64,000 nt of DNA from an uncultured Planctomycetaceae bacterium. GTDB lineage: Bacteria; Planctomycetota; Planctomycetia; Planctomycetales; Planctomycetaceae. The notes under the pieces were generated by a model that was not told where the DNA came from, did no database searches, and saw nothing but the letters and a program-made list of their open reading frames with translations. The translations under genes and the position numbers were made by a program. Where the stretch lies: assembly GCA_963815195.1 (NCBI GenBank), contig CAWFGE010000019.1, positions 32,001-96,000 of the forward strand, written 5' to 3'. Every line of letters starts with the position of its first letter. Positions within the stretch are counted from its first letter, which is position 1. Shown here in pieces: positions 51,564 to 64,000 of the stretch.

Positions 51564-54365
51564 GTGGATGTACTAATCGGAGAGAAACTACACCAACTTC
51601 GTGCAGACGACATCCTGCGGCTATTGGGAACGGACGCCGAAAGAGGGCTCGACATCCTGGAGATCCAGACGCGTCAGACGCGGTTCGGCCCCAATCTCAT
51701 TCCCGCCGCGAAAGGACACGGACCGTGGATGCGGTTCTTACTGCAATTCCACACACCCTTGGTGTACATCCTGCTGACGGCGGCGGCGATTACGGCACTT
51801 TTGCATGAATGGGTCGATTCGGGGGTGATCTTTGGCGTCGTCCTCGTGAACGCTGTCATTGGATTCCTACAAGAGTCCAGTGCCGCGAAAGCACTGGCGG
51901 CGCTGGCTCAGACGACGTTGACCGAAGCCAGCGTATTGCGTGCTGGCGAGCTGCGGCGAATCTCCTCCACCGAGTTAGTGCCCGGCGACATCGTCTTTTT
52001 GCAGTCCGGCGACAAGGTGCCCGCGGACCTACGGCTATTTCACTGCCGAGACCTTCAAGTCGATGAATCGGCTCTGACCGGTGAATCCGTCCCTGTAAAC
52101 AAACAAGTGGACGTGATGGCTGCTGATGTTTCGCTCGCGGAGCGCCGCAATCTGGCCTATACATCCACTCTTGTGACCTACGGTCAGGCGCGGGGCGTGG
52201 TCTTCGCGACGGGCGCGAGCACAGAGGTGGGGCACATTTCGAAGCTGATTTCCACTGCCGACGTGCTGGAGACGCCGCTGACTCGCAAGATCGCGAAGTT
52301 CAGCCGTCTGCTCATGGTAGTGATTTTAGGATTGGCTGGCGTGACGTTTCTGGTAGGTTGGTTACGCGGGCAACCGGCGTTCGAGATGTTCATGGCTGCA
52401 GTGGCGCTGGCGGTTGGAGCGATTCCAGAAGGGCTGCCGGCGGCGGTCACGATTACGTTGTCGATTGGCGTCGCGCGGATGGCCCGTCGGCGAGCCATTA
52501 TCCGTAAGTTACCCGCCGTCGAGACTCTGGGAAGCACCACCATCATCTGTTCGGACAAGACCGGCACACTCACGGTCAACCAAATGACCGTGAGTGAAAT
52601 CCTGGCGGGAGATTCGCGGTATGAAGTCTCCGGCAGCGGCTATGGCCCCCTTGGCGAGATCAAAAACGTGAGCGAATCAGGCCCCGCCCTGGCCGACAAC
52701 ATCGCTGCACGGGAATGCTTACTGGCGGGCCTGTTGTGCAACGATTCTGCGCTGGCCGAGAAGGCGGGACGGTGGGAGGTTCAGGGCGATCCCACGGAAG
52801 GCGCGTTGATTGCCTCAGCAGCGAAGGGGGGCCTGGACCAAAAGGAATCGTCTGCACGTCTTCCGCGGATCGACGTGATCCCGTTCGAGAGTCAGCATCA
52901 GTACATGGCGTCGCTGCACGAGGGCGAGTCCGCAAAGGGGCGAAAACTGTATGTTAAGGGCGCGGCGGAGGTGGTGCTGTCGAAATCGGTGGCCATGCTC
53001 GACGCGAGTGGTCGCGAGGCTCCGCTGGACGCCGCCGCGGTGCAACGGCAGCTTGAGAGCCTGGCCGTGAAAGGACTGCGGGTGTTGGTGCTGGCCTCAG
53101 CCGACCTGCCGGGCGACACGCAGTCGATCAACCATGCCGACGTGAATGAGCTGACATTGCTGGGGTTGCAGGGGATAATCGACCCGCCGCGCCCGGAAGC
53201 GATCAGCGCGGTGCGGGCCTGCCAGTCGGCTGGAATTCACGTCAAGATAATCACGGGCGACCATGCGCTGACCGCCCAGGCCATTGCCCGACAGCTTGGA
53301 CTGAATGGGCGGGACGCGGCCGAGCCCGAAGGCCCACTGGTACTGACCGGCCGCGATCTAGCGGAGCGATCCGATACCCAATTGATCGACACTGCGGATC
53401 AGGTGGCCGTGTTTGCGCGCGTAACGCCCGAACAGAAACTTCGGCTGGTCCGCGCGCTCCAGGCGGGTGGCCACATCGTGGCGATGACTGGGGACGGCGT
53501 GAATGATGCACCGGCGCTCAAACAGGCCGACATCGGCGTGGCCATGGGGGTCGGTGGCACCGAAGTCGCCAAGGAAGCGGCCGACATGGTCCTGACCGAC
53601 GATAACTTTGCGACCATCGAGGCGGCCGTCGAAGAAGGGCGCGGGGTCTTCGACAACCTGACCAAGTTCATCGTTTGGACTCTGCCCACAAACATGGGCG
53701 AAGGCTTGGTCATCCTGGCGGCGATCTTCGCCGGCACGACCCTGCCAATCCTGCCAGTGCAGATCCTGTGGATCAACATGACCACGGCAGTGCTGCTGGG
53801 ATTGATGTTGGCCTTCGAACCAAAAGAGCCCGACATCATGCAGCGGCCACCGCGCGATCCCAAGACGCCTATCCTCACCGGCGCACTGATCGGCCGCATC
53901 CTGATCGTCTCGGCGATTTTGCTCATCGGCGCGTTTGGATCGTTCGAGTGGGCACTTGGCAAGGGGGCCGAGTGGGGGCGGGACGAGGCGGCCAGCGACG
54001 CCCATGCCCGAACCGTGGCGGTCAATGTGTTCGTGATGGTGGAATTGTTTTACCTGTTCAATTGCCGTTCGCTGACGAAATCGATGTTTCAACTGGGCAT
54101 GTTCTCGAATCTCTGGATCTGGGTCGGTGCGGGGAGCATGGTGGCGTTGCAGTTACTGTTCACCTACGCGCCGTTCATGAACCGGTTCTTCCACAGCGCG
54201 GCGATTGGTTGGGACGCCTGGTGGCGAATCCTGCTGACCGCCGTGGTGGCCTATTTGATTGTGGGGCTGGAGAAGTGGGGTCGGCGGAAATGGGCAGATC
54301 GAGCGTCTGTTGGCGTCATTGCGGTTGCCGATTCCGAAATACGGTCAAAGGGGCCAAAGCGATGA
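51564..54365 (+). CDS. Cation-transporting P-type ATPase (type II, Ca2+/Na+-like)
   Basis: TGES, PEGL, DKTGTLT, KGA, TGD and GDGVNDAPAL motifs with multiple TM helices. Confidence 0.96.
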   Translation: MDVLIGEKLHQLRADDILRLLGTDAERGLDILEIQTRQTRFGPNLIPAAKGHGPWMRFLLQFHTPLVYILLTAAAITALLHEWVDSGVIFGVVLVNAVIGFLQESSAAKALAALAQTTLTEASVLRAGELRRISSTELVPGDIVFLQSGDKVPADLRLFHCRDLQVDESALTGESVPVNKQVDVMAADVSLAERRNLAYTSTLVTYGQARGVVFATGASTEVGHISKLISTADVLETPLTRKIAKFSRLLMVVILGLAGVTFLVGWLRGQPAFEMFMAAVALAVGAIPEGLPAAVTITLSIGVARMARRRAIIRKLPAVETLGSTTIICSDKTGTLTVNQMTVSEILAGDSRYEVSGSGYGPLGEIKNVSESGPALADNIAARECLLAGLLCNDSALAEKAGRWEVQGDPTEGALIASAAKGGLDQKESSARLPRIDVIPFESQHQYMASLHEGESAKGRKLYVKGAAEVVLSKSVAMLDASGREAPLDAAAVQRQLESLAVKGLRVLVLASADLPGDTQSINHADVNELTLLGLQGIIDPPRPEAISAVRACQSAGIHVKIITGDHALTAQAIARQLGLNGRDAAEPEGPLVLTGRDLAERSDTQLIDTADQVAVFARVTPEQKLRLVRALQAGGHIVAMTGDGVNDAPALKQADIGVAMGVGGTEVAKEAADMVLTDDNFATIEAAVEEGRGVFDNLTKFIVWTLPTNMGEGLVILAAIFAGTTLPILPVQILWINMTTAVLLGLMLAFEPKEPDIMQRPPRDPKTPILTGALIGRILIVSAILLIGAFGSFEWALGKGAEWGRDEAASDAHARTVAVNVFVMVELFYLFNCRSLTKSMFQLGMFSNLWIWVGAGSMVALQLLFTYAPFMNRFFHSAAIGWDAWWRILLTAVVAYLIVGLEKWGRRKWADRASVGVIAVADSEIRSKGPKR

Positions 54366-54384
54366 GATACGAAAAGCAAGGAGA

Positions 54385-55010
54385 ATGGACATGATAAAAC
54401 GCATTCTGGTGGGATTGGCGGGTACGACCTATACGCGCGTAGCAATTCAACGTGCCGTTACACTGGCGCAATCGCATGATGCTGAGGTGACGGGAGTCAC
54501 CATTCTCGACAGCAGTCGCGTTCGCCGTGATAGCATTGGACTGGTTAAAGCACCGAAGCGCGAGTTGATTCGCGCGGAGCGGCTGGAGATTGCTCGGTCG
54601 CAGATTCAACAGTCCGTCAACGATCTGGAAACTGCCTGCCAGAGAGCCAATATCAAAGACCGGGTCGTCGAGGAGTCGGGCGATGCATTCACGGCGCTAA
54701 TCGCTCTGGCGCGTTACCACGACCTGATGGTGTTCGGCCTGCGCAGTGTCTTCGAGTACGACTTTCTGACCGGCGATCCTGAATCGCTCTTGATCAGGTT
54801 GGTCAGTGCTGGAGTCCGTCCGCTGATTGCGGTATCGGAGAAGCACCGCAGTATCTCGCGCGTGCTGATCGCGTACAGCGGCTCAATGGAGTCGGCCAAG
54901 GCCATGAAGCGGTTCGTGCAAATGCGGTTGTGGCCGGACGCGGAGCTGCGTCTTTTCACGTTTCACCCCTCGAACGACAAGGCTCGTGAACTGTTGGTCG
55001 CCGCGGCGGC
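54385..55010 (+). pseudogene. Universal stress protein with tandem USP domains, 3' truncated
   Basis: IKRILVGL, ARYHDLMVFG and RVLIAYSGSMESAKAMK; second domain breaks off near 55005 and the frame runs on antisense into the protease gene. Confidence 0.7.
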
Positions 55011-55107
55011 GGTGGCTGGGGTCAGGCTGCCGGAACGGGTATTGAATCAGAAGGCAACGGTATCGGCAGCCTGCCCCCAGACGAGCCAATACGCACATCG
55101 CGAACGA

Positions 55108-55788
55108 TCATTCCGCGATCGGCTTTGCACGCAGGCAGGTGGGTTCGCTTTTCAAAGTTTGGCGGAGAAATGTTCGAATCGTGGCGACATCCGTGAACAG
55201 GCACAGCGGCTGGGGCATTTCGGGATAGCTGCTGATGATCCCGGCCAATTGATTGTCCCGCACCACCGCCCCGCCGCTCTCCCCTTGGATCGGCCGCTGG
55301 TTGACGGCGAGGGGATGGTACAAAAAATCCGTGGGGACGATTCTGCCTTCCGTCACGCGAACTTCACCCCCTTCGGGATAGCCCGCCATAAACACCACCG
55401 CATTGGGAGACAACGGCACGCTCGAAATCGGCAGGCAGCGAAGCTGCGGGATTTCGACCGGAATCTGCAATAAGGCCAGATCGATTCCATTTTCCCGGCG
55501 GGAGCTGACCAGATCGGCGGGAATCCAGCGATTGGCGATGTGGATCGCGATTTCATCCGCCTCGACCAGCACCGCATTCGGGCTGAGCGGAGCCAGCGTG
55601 TGGGCCGCGGTCAAAAACAAATGCCCATTTTCGGGCGTTGTCCCCAAATACACCGCCGACGCCCAGGCCGTGTAAGATCGACAATTCTGCAGGTTGCACT
55701 CGTGCATCGCCACGCGGAGCGGGACGACTTGGGCGAACGCGGACGAACTCAGCGAAGCGAAGATGAGCCACAAAACGACAGTACGCAT
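55108..55788 (-). CDS. Secreted trypsin-like serine protease
   Basis: Signal peptide; LTAAH, DLALL and GESGG catalytic triad motifs. Confidence 0.85.
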   Translation of the reverse strand: MRTVVLWLIFASLSSSAFAQVVPLRVAMHECNLQNCRSYTAWASAVYLGTTPENGHLFLTAAHTLAPLSPNAVLVEADEIAIHIANRWIPADLVSSRRENGIDLALLQIPVEIPQLRCLPISSVPLSPNAVVFMAGYPEGGEVRVTEGRIVPTDFLYHPLAVNQRPIQGESGGAVVRDNQLAGIISSYPEMPQPLCLFTDVATIRTFLRQTLKSEPTCLRAKPIAE

Positions 55789-55997
55789 AACGGATTCCTT
55801 TCCAGTTGGGCTTCAAAGCGAGGTTTTCCTGTCATTAAAATCGGCAAACTCGAAATCCGTTTATGACCCAAAACATTGGCGCTGGGCAAAATCTTTTGAA
55901 ATTCGCCGTCCCTGCTTGGTGAGCGTTTCGTTCAGGATTGATCCAACCCCTAGATTACATGGCGGGAATCATGGGGCTGAGGCCCCACGCTCGCCCT

Positions 55998-57344
<1,347 letters not shown>

Positions 57345-57902
57345 GGACTCCGCAGGGAAAAGTGCGGTTTGGGCCGCTTCCGTGGACTGCCCATCTATTC
57401 AAATTAGCTCCATTTTTGGGGGCGGGTCAAGTCGGGTTCTGGGGATTTTTTCTCCTCGGGGATTCCGGCGATTCCCTCGGGCGGCTATGCCGATTTTTGA
57501 TGAACTCTGCATACTTTCCCGCCTTCCCGGACAGTCAACTGGACAGTCCCTGTGGCGGCAATGTTCGCCCCTCAAGCGATTGCACCGGCAGAGAATGACA
57601 AAACGCAATTTCCGCTACAACTTGGCACGCAGAATGCTTGCGAACGGTCGGCCTTGGTTTCGGGTGGGGAAAAATCTGAAAAAATCCACTGCCCCGATGC
57701 CGGGACCACCGTATAATTACTATGGTACATTTTTCCAGTATCTCGCCTGAGTTCTTTTCGCATTTTCACTCAAGTTTTCCACTTCGCCCGGCTTCGTGGT
57801 GCTCCGAATTGGTCTTGGCGAACTGGCACTTTTTCTGCTAGAGTCGGCGGGTTTTGGCCCGGATTCGGCCAAATTTTCGCCGTTGGCAGGGAGATAGCCG
57901 AC

Positions 57903-60900
57903 ATGCCGCATTATGGGACTACAGTCCGTAACTCCCGGTCGAACAAGAAGTTCGGTCGTGGAGTTGTCGCCTCCGCCACAATGGCCTTGTTCGCGGGAGT
58001 GCTGTGTGCCTCCTGGTCGGTCCGGGCCGGAATTGTGCCTTCGGCCATGCTCTGGCTGGCTCCCGCGGCCGCGAATCCGCAGGCGGAGAAAACCGCGGCC
58101 ACCCAAGACGAAGCCGGGCCGTCCGCGGAAGAGGACCGTGCGATCAACTTATTGATGTACCGGGACCGGGACCGCGAGCGGTTGCTGCTGCACGCGGAAC
58201 ATCAATTCCAGGAAGGAAATCTGTCCGCGGGGCTCGAGGACCTGCAGCGGATTTTGGATTTCGAGGAAGACCTGTTCCTGCGGCGGAAGTCGGACGGGCG
58301 TTTGGCGAGCCTGCGGAGCGAGGCCTCCCGGTTGCTGGAGGGCTTGGACGCCGGCCGGTTCGCGGCTTACGAGCGGTTCGTCGATGCCGACGCCGACGTG
58401 CTGCTCCGCGAAGCCGTCCGCCGGCGGGATCCGCGGGTTTACGAGCAAGTGGCTCGGCGGTATTTCCATACCCAGCAAGGGTTTCAGGCGATGCACTGGC
58501 TGGCGACCCGCTGGTTCGATCACGGGCAGTTCAGCCTCGCCGCCCGGACGTGGGATGCCTTGGAAGCCGACCCGCGGCACCATCGCCGGTTGACCCCGGC
58601 CATGCGGGCCAAAGCCCGGCTCGCGCGGAATCTCGGTGGGAAACGAACGACAGAACCCCGGAAAATCATTCAGGTTGCAGACAGCAGCGTCTTCCCGGTC
58701 TCGGCGGGGGAAACGCGGTTGGATGTTTATCCGTCCCTTTCGTCTGGCGTCGAATCCCGCCGACCGCGCGCCTGGCGGATCTTCCAAGGCAGCCCGGACC
58801 GCTCGGAGGGGGCCGCCGCGACGACGCCGTTCTTAACTCCCTGCTGGACGGTGCCTTACGGAGAAACCCCCTCGGATGCCTTGACCGCGACCTTGGAGCT
58901 TTGGAAAGACCGGCAGGGCAAGTCGCTCGAACCTCTTGCCACGGCAGGGTTTCCGATTGTCGTCGGCCAAAAAGTCATCTTTCGGGATTTCCAAGGCATT
59001 CGCTGCGTCGATTTGGCCGACGGTGCCCAATTATGGCGCTACCCTTGCCAAACTTCTTTGCAAAACGAGCTGAATGCTTTGGATGCGAAGTTCGGCGCGG
59101 GGGGCGTGCATTCCTCGCGATCCAGTTCTTACGTCCAGTTGCAAGCGTCTTATGCAGCCAATTCCGTTTTGGGGCTGTTGTCGAGCGATGGGCAGCGGGT
59201 TTACGCAGTGGACCGGGTGGTGCTCGATGGATCCTCGGCGGAGCATGGCTCGCCGGACGAAAACTCGTCCCCGGTCGTCAAGCCGCGAAAGACGAATCAG
59301 CTTTTGGCCTTGCCCCTCTCCGCGGACGGCACATCCAAACCGCAGCCGGTGTGGGCGGTGGGCGGATTGGCGGATGCGGACTCCGCGGAGCCCGCGCTCG
59401 CCGGGCATTTCTTCCGCGGACCGCCTTTGCCCTTCGACAGCCGATTGTTCGCGATCACCGAGTGCCAAAATCAAATCAATCTCGTCGCCTTGGACCCGGA
59501 AACCGGCGGCTTGTTGTGGAAACAAGGCATCGCCTTTGCGGACGAAGCCTTCGAAGTCGATCACGGCCGCTATCCGCTCGCGTGCCCGATCGCGTTTGGC
59601 GACGGCGTGCTCGTGTGCCCCACGCAGACGGGGCTGTTGGTGGGCGTCGACGCCCTCACCGGCACGCTGCTCTGGTCGTATTGCTATGCGGAAGAGCTTT
59701 ATCAAAGCGACAAACGCGGCTGGCGGGAGCGGTTTCGCAAGTCGTGGGGCAACGACGGCTTTCCCGCCGCTCCAAAAATCTTCGGCCGGCGGGTCGTGCT
59801 CTTGCCGCGGCAGTCGGGCGAAATCCATTGCCTCGATGTGCGGACGGGCCGGCGGGTGTGGAAGACGGCCCGCGGCGACGGCGAATACATCGGAGCCGTC
59901 ACCGACGACCTGGTGCTGGTGGTGGGACAACGATATTGCCGGGGCCTTTCCGCGTCCACGGGCGAGCCGGTCTGGACCGCCCGCTACGGGATGCCGGCGG
60001 GTCAGGGCATTCTGGCGGAGGGGCAGTACCTGTTGCCATTGGAAACCGGCCGGATCGCGACGCTCGATTTAGAGACCGGGCGGGAAATCGGTTTGTCGGG
60101 TCTCCGCGGTGCCTCGAAGAATCCACAAACGCCGCCCGAATTGCTGACCGAGCTCACCGCCCGCGTCGGTTTGACTTCGCGGGAATTGCCCGAGGGCTGG
60201 CGGACGGGGAACTTGATCCCGGCGGGAGACCGGATCCTCGCTTCCGGGCCGGCGGGATTGATCGCCTTTCCGCAAACGGGCGACCTCTTGGCGAAGCCGG
60301 TGCGAAACCGGCTTCTCGCATCGCCGAACGATTTCCCGGCCCGGTTGCTCGCCGCGGAGCTTCAGCTCAACCTCGGCCAGTTTGCCGCCGCGAAAACGAA
60401 CCTCGAAACCGTGCTCGCGCCGGGAACGTCGCATCAACTTCGGCCGCACGGGGAATTCCTGTTGAGGGAACTCCTATTCCGGCAACTGGAAACGCAACCC
60501 GCCGATGCGCTGCCGTTGTTGGAGCAACTGGAAACCCTCGTTTCGTCGCCGGCGGACCGCGGGCGGTTTTCGATGTGCAAAGCGGAATATCAGATGCGGA
60601 CATTGATCCGTAGCGCCCGCGACCAGTTGCAGGTGGGCGATGCGGCGAGCGTGATGGAATCCGCCGAGGCCTTGGTCCGTTTGAACGAGGCCGGGGACTT
60701 GCCCTGGCCGCGAAATCCGAACCACACGATCTCGCCGGGCCAATTCGCGGCGCGGTTGATGAGGCGGGTCCGCGAGCAATTGGACCCCGCCCAACTCGCC
60801 CCGATTTCGCAGCACGTCGAGCAAAACTGTCTGGAAGCTCTCGCCAGTGGCGATCGGCGGCGGATGCAACGGTTCTTGACGCTCTATGAAAGCTGGCCGC

Positions 60901-62636
60901 AGTCGGCGAGCGTTCGGCAGCGATTGGCGGAGATGGCGCGGGACGCCGGGGAGTTTCAGCGGGCCGAGTTCCTGTGGCTCAAAAACCAGGGGAGCCGGGA
61001 CCCGGTCGTCCAGGCTCAAGCGACATGCGATTTGATGCAGCTTTGGAGCCAGTTGGGACTGTATTCCGAGGCGGCGGAACTCGCGGAGGAGTTGACGTCG
61101 CCTAAGTTCCGCGACCTGCCGCTGAAGAACGGCAAAACCGCCGGCGAATGCGTTTCGCAGCTTCCCAGAGAGAGCATGCTCGCCCGCGCGATCGGCCGCC
61201 GGCAGTTTCCATCAAAGACGCCGGGCCGGGTGTCGATCCGCGAGGACCGCTGGATTCCGGTCGACGAGGAACTGGTCGATGCCTTCGGCCAATATCGCCG
61301 GGAATTTTCCTTGGAGCCGGGCAGCACGTTTCAGCTTTTGGACAAAGGCTGGGTCGATGAGACCGGCGACGAACCCGAAACCCGCGTGGCGGTCATCGAC
61401 CGGTCCGCGGGCGTGATCGCCGGCAAAGTCCGCGTGCCGCTGCGGAACTCGTATCCTTCGCTGTCCAAAGGCGCCCACGTCGGGCACTTCTTCCCGGTGG
61501 GCAGCGTGAACCGCATGACCGGCGTTTCCCTGTTGGAGATCGCCGACGAAAAACCGCTCTGGAAAGTCAAGCTCGGCGACGGGGCGTCCCATCAGCACAT
61601 CCTCCGCGTGGGGCCGGCGGGACCGGGGTTCTGCGCGTTCCAGGGCCAGCAGGAACTGATCGTGCTCGATCCCGCCACCGGCGAAACGCTGTGGAAGCGG
61701 GCCGACATCGATCCATCGAGCGGCCTTGTCAGCGATCCTTACGCCGGTCTCTTCGGCGATGAAGAAGTCCTCGTGCTCTTCGCCGCCGACCGCTCGTCTT
61801 ATACCGTGTTCCAAACCGACACGGGCGAGGAACTCTACCACGGCGAATTGAAAGTCGATACCGGGCAGATCCGCAGAATCTTCGGCCGGAAATTGTTTTA
61901 CATCGCAGACGCCCCCGCAGGCCGGCGGATGCGGATTTGGGACTTCGGGGCGAACAAGCTGGTGTTCGACCAGCCGGCCGGTTCACGGATTTACACGGCG
62001 ATTACGCCGGAACATGAACTCGTCGTGCTCATCCCGCCCGTCATCGACGGCAAGCCCAATGAAGACAGCGACCAGCCCAGCCGCTTGCAGATTCTCGACG
62101 TGCCCGCGGACCGCGTGCTGCTTGATTTGGCTGTTTCCGCGGAGGACATCAAGAACCTGAATTACGTGCGGGCGTTTCGCGTCGGCGAGTCGTTCTACAT
62201 CAACTTCCAGCGTTCGGTGCAGATGCCGGTGGAACGGCTCTTCAGCTATTACGCCAGCGACGCCTTCCCGCCGGTCGAGAACATCCAAGGCGATCTCTTA
62301 GCAATCGAACCGGCGAGCGGTAAGGTGCTGTGGAAGCGGATGCTGCCCCAGCGGTCGGTGCTCAGGATGCCGCATCTCCGGCTGCCGTTTTTGGTGATGG
62401 TCAGCCGCGTCCGCGACCGCTGGCAAGGCGGGCGGCAGGGCCTGTTGGTGGAAGTCGTCGACGCCCGGACCGGCGAAACGATCGCGGAGAAGGACAACAA
62501 CTTCTCCGACCGCATCGTGCACCTCGCCTACGACCGCGAAGAAGGCCTCTTGGATCTTTACGGCCTCAAAACCCGCATCCGCGTAAGCTTCGGCCCGGAA
62601 ACGGCGAAGCTCCCCACGGAAGACGAGCCCTTGTGA
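57903..62636 (+). CDS. Large exported protein with PQQ-like beta-propeller repeats and TPR-like helices
   Basis: N-terminal hydrophobic segment; repeated (L/V)D..TG...W motifs; 1577 aa. Confidence 0.85.
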   Translation: MPHYGTTVRNSRSNKKFGRGVVASATMALFAGVLCASWSVRAGIVPSAMLWLAPAAANPQAEKTAATQDEAGPSAEEDRAINLLMYRDRDRERLLLHAEHQFQEGNLSAGLEDLQRILDFEEDLFLRRKSDGRLASLRSEASRLLEGLDAGRFAAYERFVDADADVLLREAVRRRDPRVYEQVARRYFHTQQGFQAMHWLATRWFDHGQFSLAARTWDALEADPRHHRRLTPAMRAKARLARNLGGKRTTEPRKIIQVADSSVFPVSAGETRLDVYPSLSSGVESRRPRAWRIFQGSPDRSEGAAATTPFLTPCWTVPYGETPSDALTATLELWKDRQGKSLEPLATAGFPIVVGQKVIFRDFQGIRCVDLADGAQLWRYPCQTSLQNELNALDAKFGAGGVHSSRSSSYVQLQASYAANSVLGLLSSDGQRVYAVDRVVLDGSSAEHGSPDENSSPVVKPRKTNQLLALPLSADGTSKPQPVWAVGGLADADSAEPALAGHFFRGPPLPFDSRLFAITECQNQINLVALDPETGGLLWKQGIAFADEAFEVDHGRYPLACPIAFGDGVLVCPTQTGLLVGVDALTGTLLWSYCYAEELYQSDKRGWRERFRKSWGNDGFPAAPKIFGRRVVLLPRQSGEIHCLDVRTGRRVWKTARGDGEYIGAVTDDLVLVVGQRYCRGLSASTGEPVWTARYGMPAGQGILAEGQYLLPLETGRIATLDLETGREIGLSGLRGASKNPQTPPELLTELTARVGLTSRELPEGWRTGNLIPAGDRILASGPAGLIAFPQTGDLLAKPVRNRLLASPNDFPARLLAAELQLNLGQFAAAKTNLETVLAPGTSHQLRPHGEFLLRELLFRQLETQPADALPLLEQLETLVSSPADRGRFSMCKAEYQMRTLIRSARDQLQVGDAASVMESAEALVRLNEAGDLPWPRNPNHTISPGQFAARLMRRVREQLDPAQLAPISQHVEQNCLEALASGDRRRMQRFLTLYESWPQSASVRQRLAEMARDAGEFQRAEFLWLKNQGSRDPVVQAQATCDLMQLWSQLGLYSEAAELAEELTSPKFRDLPLKNGKTAGECVSQLPRESMLARAIGRRQFPSKTPGRVSIREDRWIPVDEELVDAFGQYRREFSLEPGSTFQLLDKGWVDETGDEPETRVAVIDRSAGVIAGKVRVPLRNSYPSLSKGAHVGHFFPVGSVNRMTGVSLLEIADEKPLWKVKLGDGASHQHILRVGPAGPGFCAFQGQQELIVLDPATGETLWKRADIDPSSGLVSDPYAGLFGDEEVLVLFAADRSSYTVFQTDTGEELYHGELKVDTGQIRRIFGRKLFYIADAPAGRRMRIWDFGANKLVFDQPAGSRIYTAITPEHELVVLIPPVIDGKPNEDSDQPSRLQILDVPADRVLLDLAVSAEDIKNLNYVRAFRVGESFYINFQRSVQMPVERLFSYYASDAFPPVENIQGDLLAIEPASGKVLWKRMLPQRSVLRMPHLRLPFLVMVSRVRDRWQGGRQGLLVEVVDARTGETIAEKDNNFSDRIVHLAYDREEGLLDLYGLKTRIRVSFGPETAKLPTEDEPL

Positions 62637-62795
62637 AAAATGCTCCGCCACCCCGGCGGTTGATGAGTTTGGAGGCAGGGGTCGGTTAGCGGGAATCCTG
62701 AGCCGCGAAGCGGCGGCAACAGATGGCAGCCGGCGTCAGCCCGCAGAGCGTCTTCGTGCGCGGGCGTTACAACCAGACACGACATTGAGCCGCTA

Positions 62796-64000
62796 CTAAA
62801 ACGCCTCGTACTGCTTCGGGAACCGAATCACCAGCCAGCGGGCCGCGCAGTTCGTAGGCGGCGTGCCATTTGAGTTCCTCAAACACATCCCGGCGTTTTT
62901 TGTAATACCAATAAGTCGGCGCGGAATCGGCGATTTGCTTGTTGAGCAGTTTGAGCGCTTCGCCAGACCGCCCCAACCGCCGAGCCCGGCGAATGTGCAA
63001 CAGCACATAGTCGGTCTCGGTCGTATCCACCCAGCGGCCGAGCTCCGCGAAGTTCTCCTCAAAGGCCTTGTTATGGGCGGCGGGGTCTTTGATCGGATGC
63101 TTCGCAAGAACATCCGGCAGCTCCATGTAACCGAGTGCCCGCCCCTTGCGGTAGAGGGCGTCGATCAACTCCCCGCGCTCCTTCGCATAAACTTTTTGCT
63201 TCCCGGCGGCCTGGGCATCCTCGGGATTAACATGGGGACGATAAACCAGGTCGAGTCGTTTGGGATCGATCTTCGCAATCACCGCATCCGCGGCCTCGAC
63301 GACTTGATCCAAATGCTCCTTTCGATGTTCCGTCAAATCGAGAAAGTGCAACCTCGCAATCAACACCTCGAGATCGCCGGGACGCTCCTTGAGGATTTCC
63401 TGGGACAGCTTTTCAAATTCCTTTTTCGTATCGAACTTCGCCAGCGATTTCAGATAATCCAGCTTGGCTTGCCAAAGCGTTTCTTTTAAGGTCTTTGCGG
63501 ATTTGGGCGAGACCGTTGTTTCAGCTTTCGCTTGTTTGGCAACGGCGGGCTTGGCGTAAGCGATCGGATAACCGCCGGGCCGTTTGCCTTGGCCGAACTC
63601 TAAATCGTTGGTCTGGCCGAAACTCATGGTGCCGGTGAGGATCGTCGCGTCCTCCGGAACTTGACCGAACTCGCCCGCCGGCGGGGAGGCGAGATAGACA
63701 GAAAGTTTTCCACCCCTGGGCAAGAGCCGATTTCCAATGGAATGCTCGCCGCCGATCGCTGCGGCGCACGAAGGATAAAACGACAGCGAGATCGGTTTGG
63801 CCAGCGCGCGTTCCAGAATCACGGCTTTCGTCTCCAACTCTTTCAGCTTCGAAACGTCCTCGTGCCGGAATTGCAGTTGTAATACGTGCCGGCCCTTGCC
63901 GAGTTTGATCGGTTCGGGAAAAACATCGTCCGTCGCAACGAGCCGTTTGTTTTCATCGAAGAGCATCGCCAATTGGGAGCCATACGGGGATTCATAGAGC
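62796..64000 (-). CDS. C-terminal part of a tripeptidyl-peptidase II-like protein; frameshift near 62850; 5' end outside the window
   Basis: ESPYGSQLAMLFDENKRLV...KLGKGRHVLQLQFRHE resembles the TPPII central domain; true C-terminus probably RWLVIRFPKQYEAF-stop; catalytic S8 domain not visible. Confidence 0.7.

Larger units (their letters stand above)
39210..55010. mobile_element. Decayed island complex on both sides of tRNA-Phe
   Basis: Two integrase stubs flank the tRNA; two IS fragments; truncated genes at both outer ends; boundaries approximate. Confidence 0.6.

Noticed and set aside
58004..60613. Long alternative-frame and antisense ORFs (869 aa here; also 9520-11301, 34298-35677 and 22805-24124)
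   Set aside because: They overlap well-supported genes and are the shadow ORFs expected in high-GC DNA.

Overview
GC-rich bacterial DNA, very probably from a planctomycete (DUF1501 and DUF1559 genes, two ECF sigma factor-Ser/Thr kinase pairs, a large PQQ-like propeller protein). A housekeeping backbone (corA, nadA, kptA, glgP, thrS, a GntR-ABC operon, a YegS-like kinase, a PIN-PhoH protein, a tripeptidyl-peptidase-II-like C-terminus) is interrupted by two decayed, tRNA-anchored accessory regions. One spans about 15.4-22.7 kb at tRNA-Val(GAC), the other about 39.2-55.0 kb around tRNA-Phe(GAA). Both hold gene, integrase or IS fragments but keep an ECF-kinase module. The strongest signal is at 46.7-50.8 kb. 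Downstream of the ECF/kinase-TPR pair lies an array of unrelated secreted proteins, each preceded by a copy of the same structured leader (about 185 bp when complete), which contains a GGAAC-N16-GTCT ECF-like promoter motif. Two of these proteins also share a near-identical signal-peptide module. Other notable items are a 52-aa gene missing from the ORF track that is a stand-alone copy of the C-terminus of a convergent basic DNA-binding-like protein, a small transcription unit with a 14-codon ORF and extended 16S-tail complementarity, a 9 x 34-bp tandem expansion of a REP-like arm, a ~110-bp dispersed repeat, and a voltage-sensor-like domain without an evident pore. Five genes carry single-base frameshifts that are probably sequencing errors. 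All family calls come from motif recognition by eye; no database was searched.
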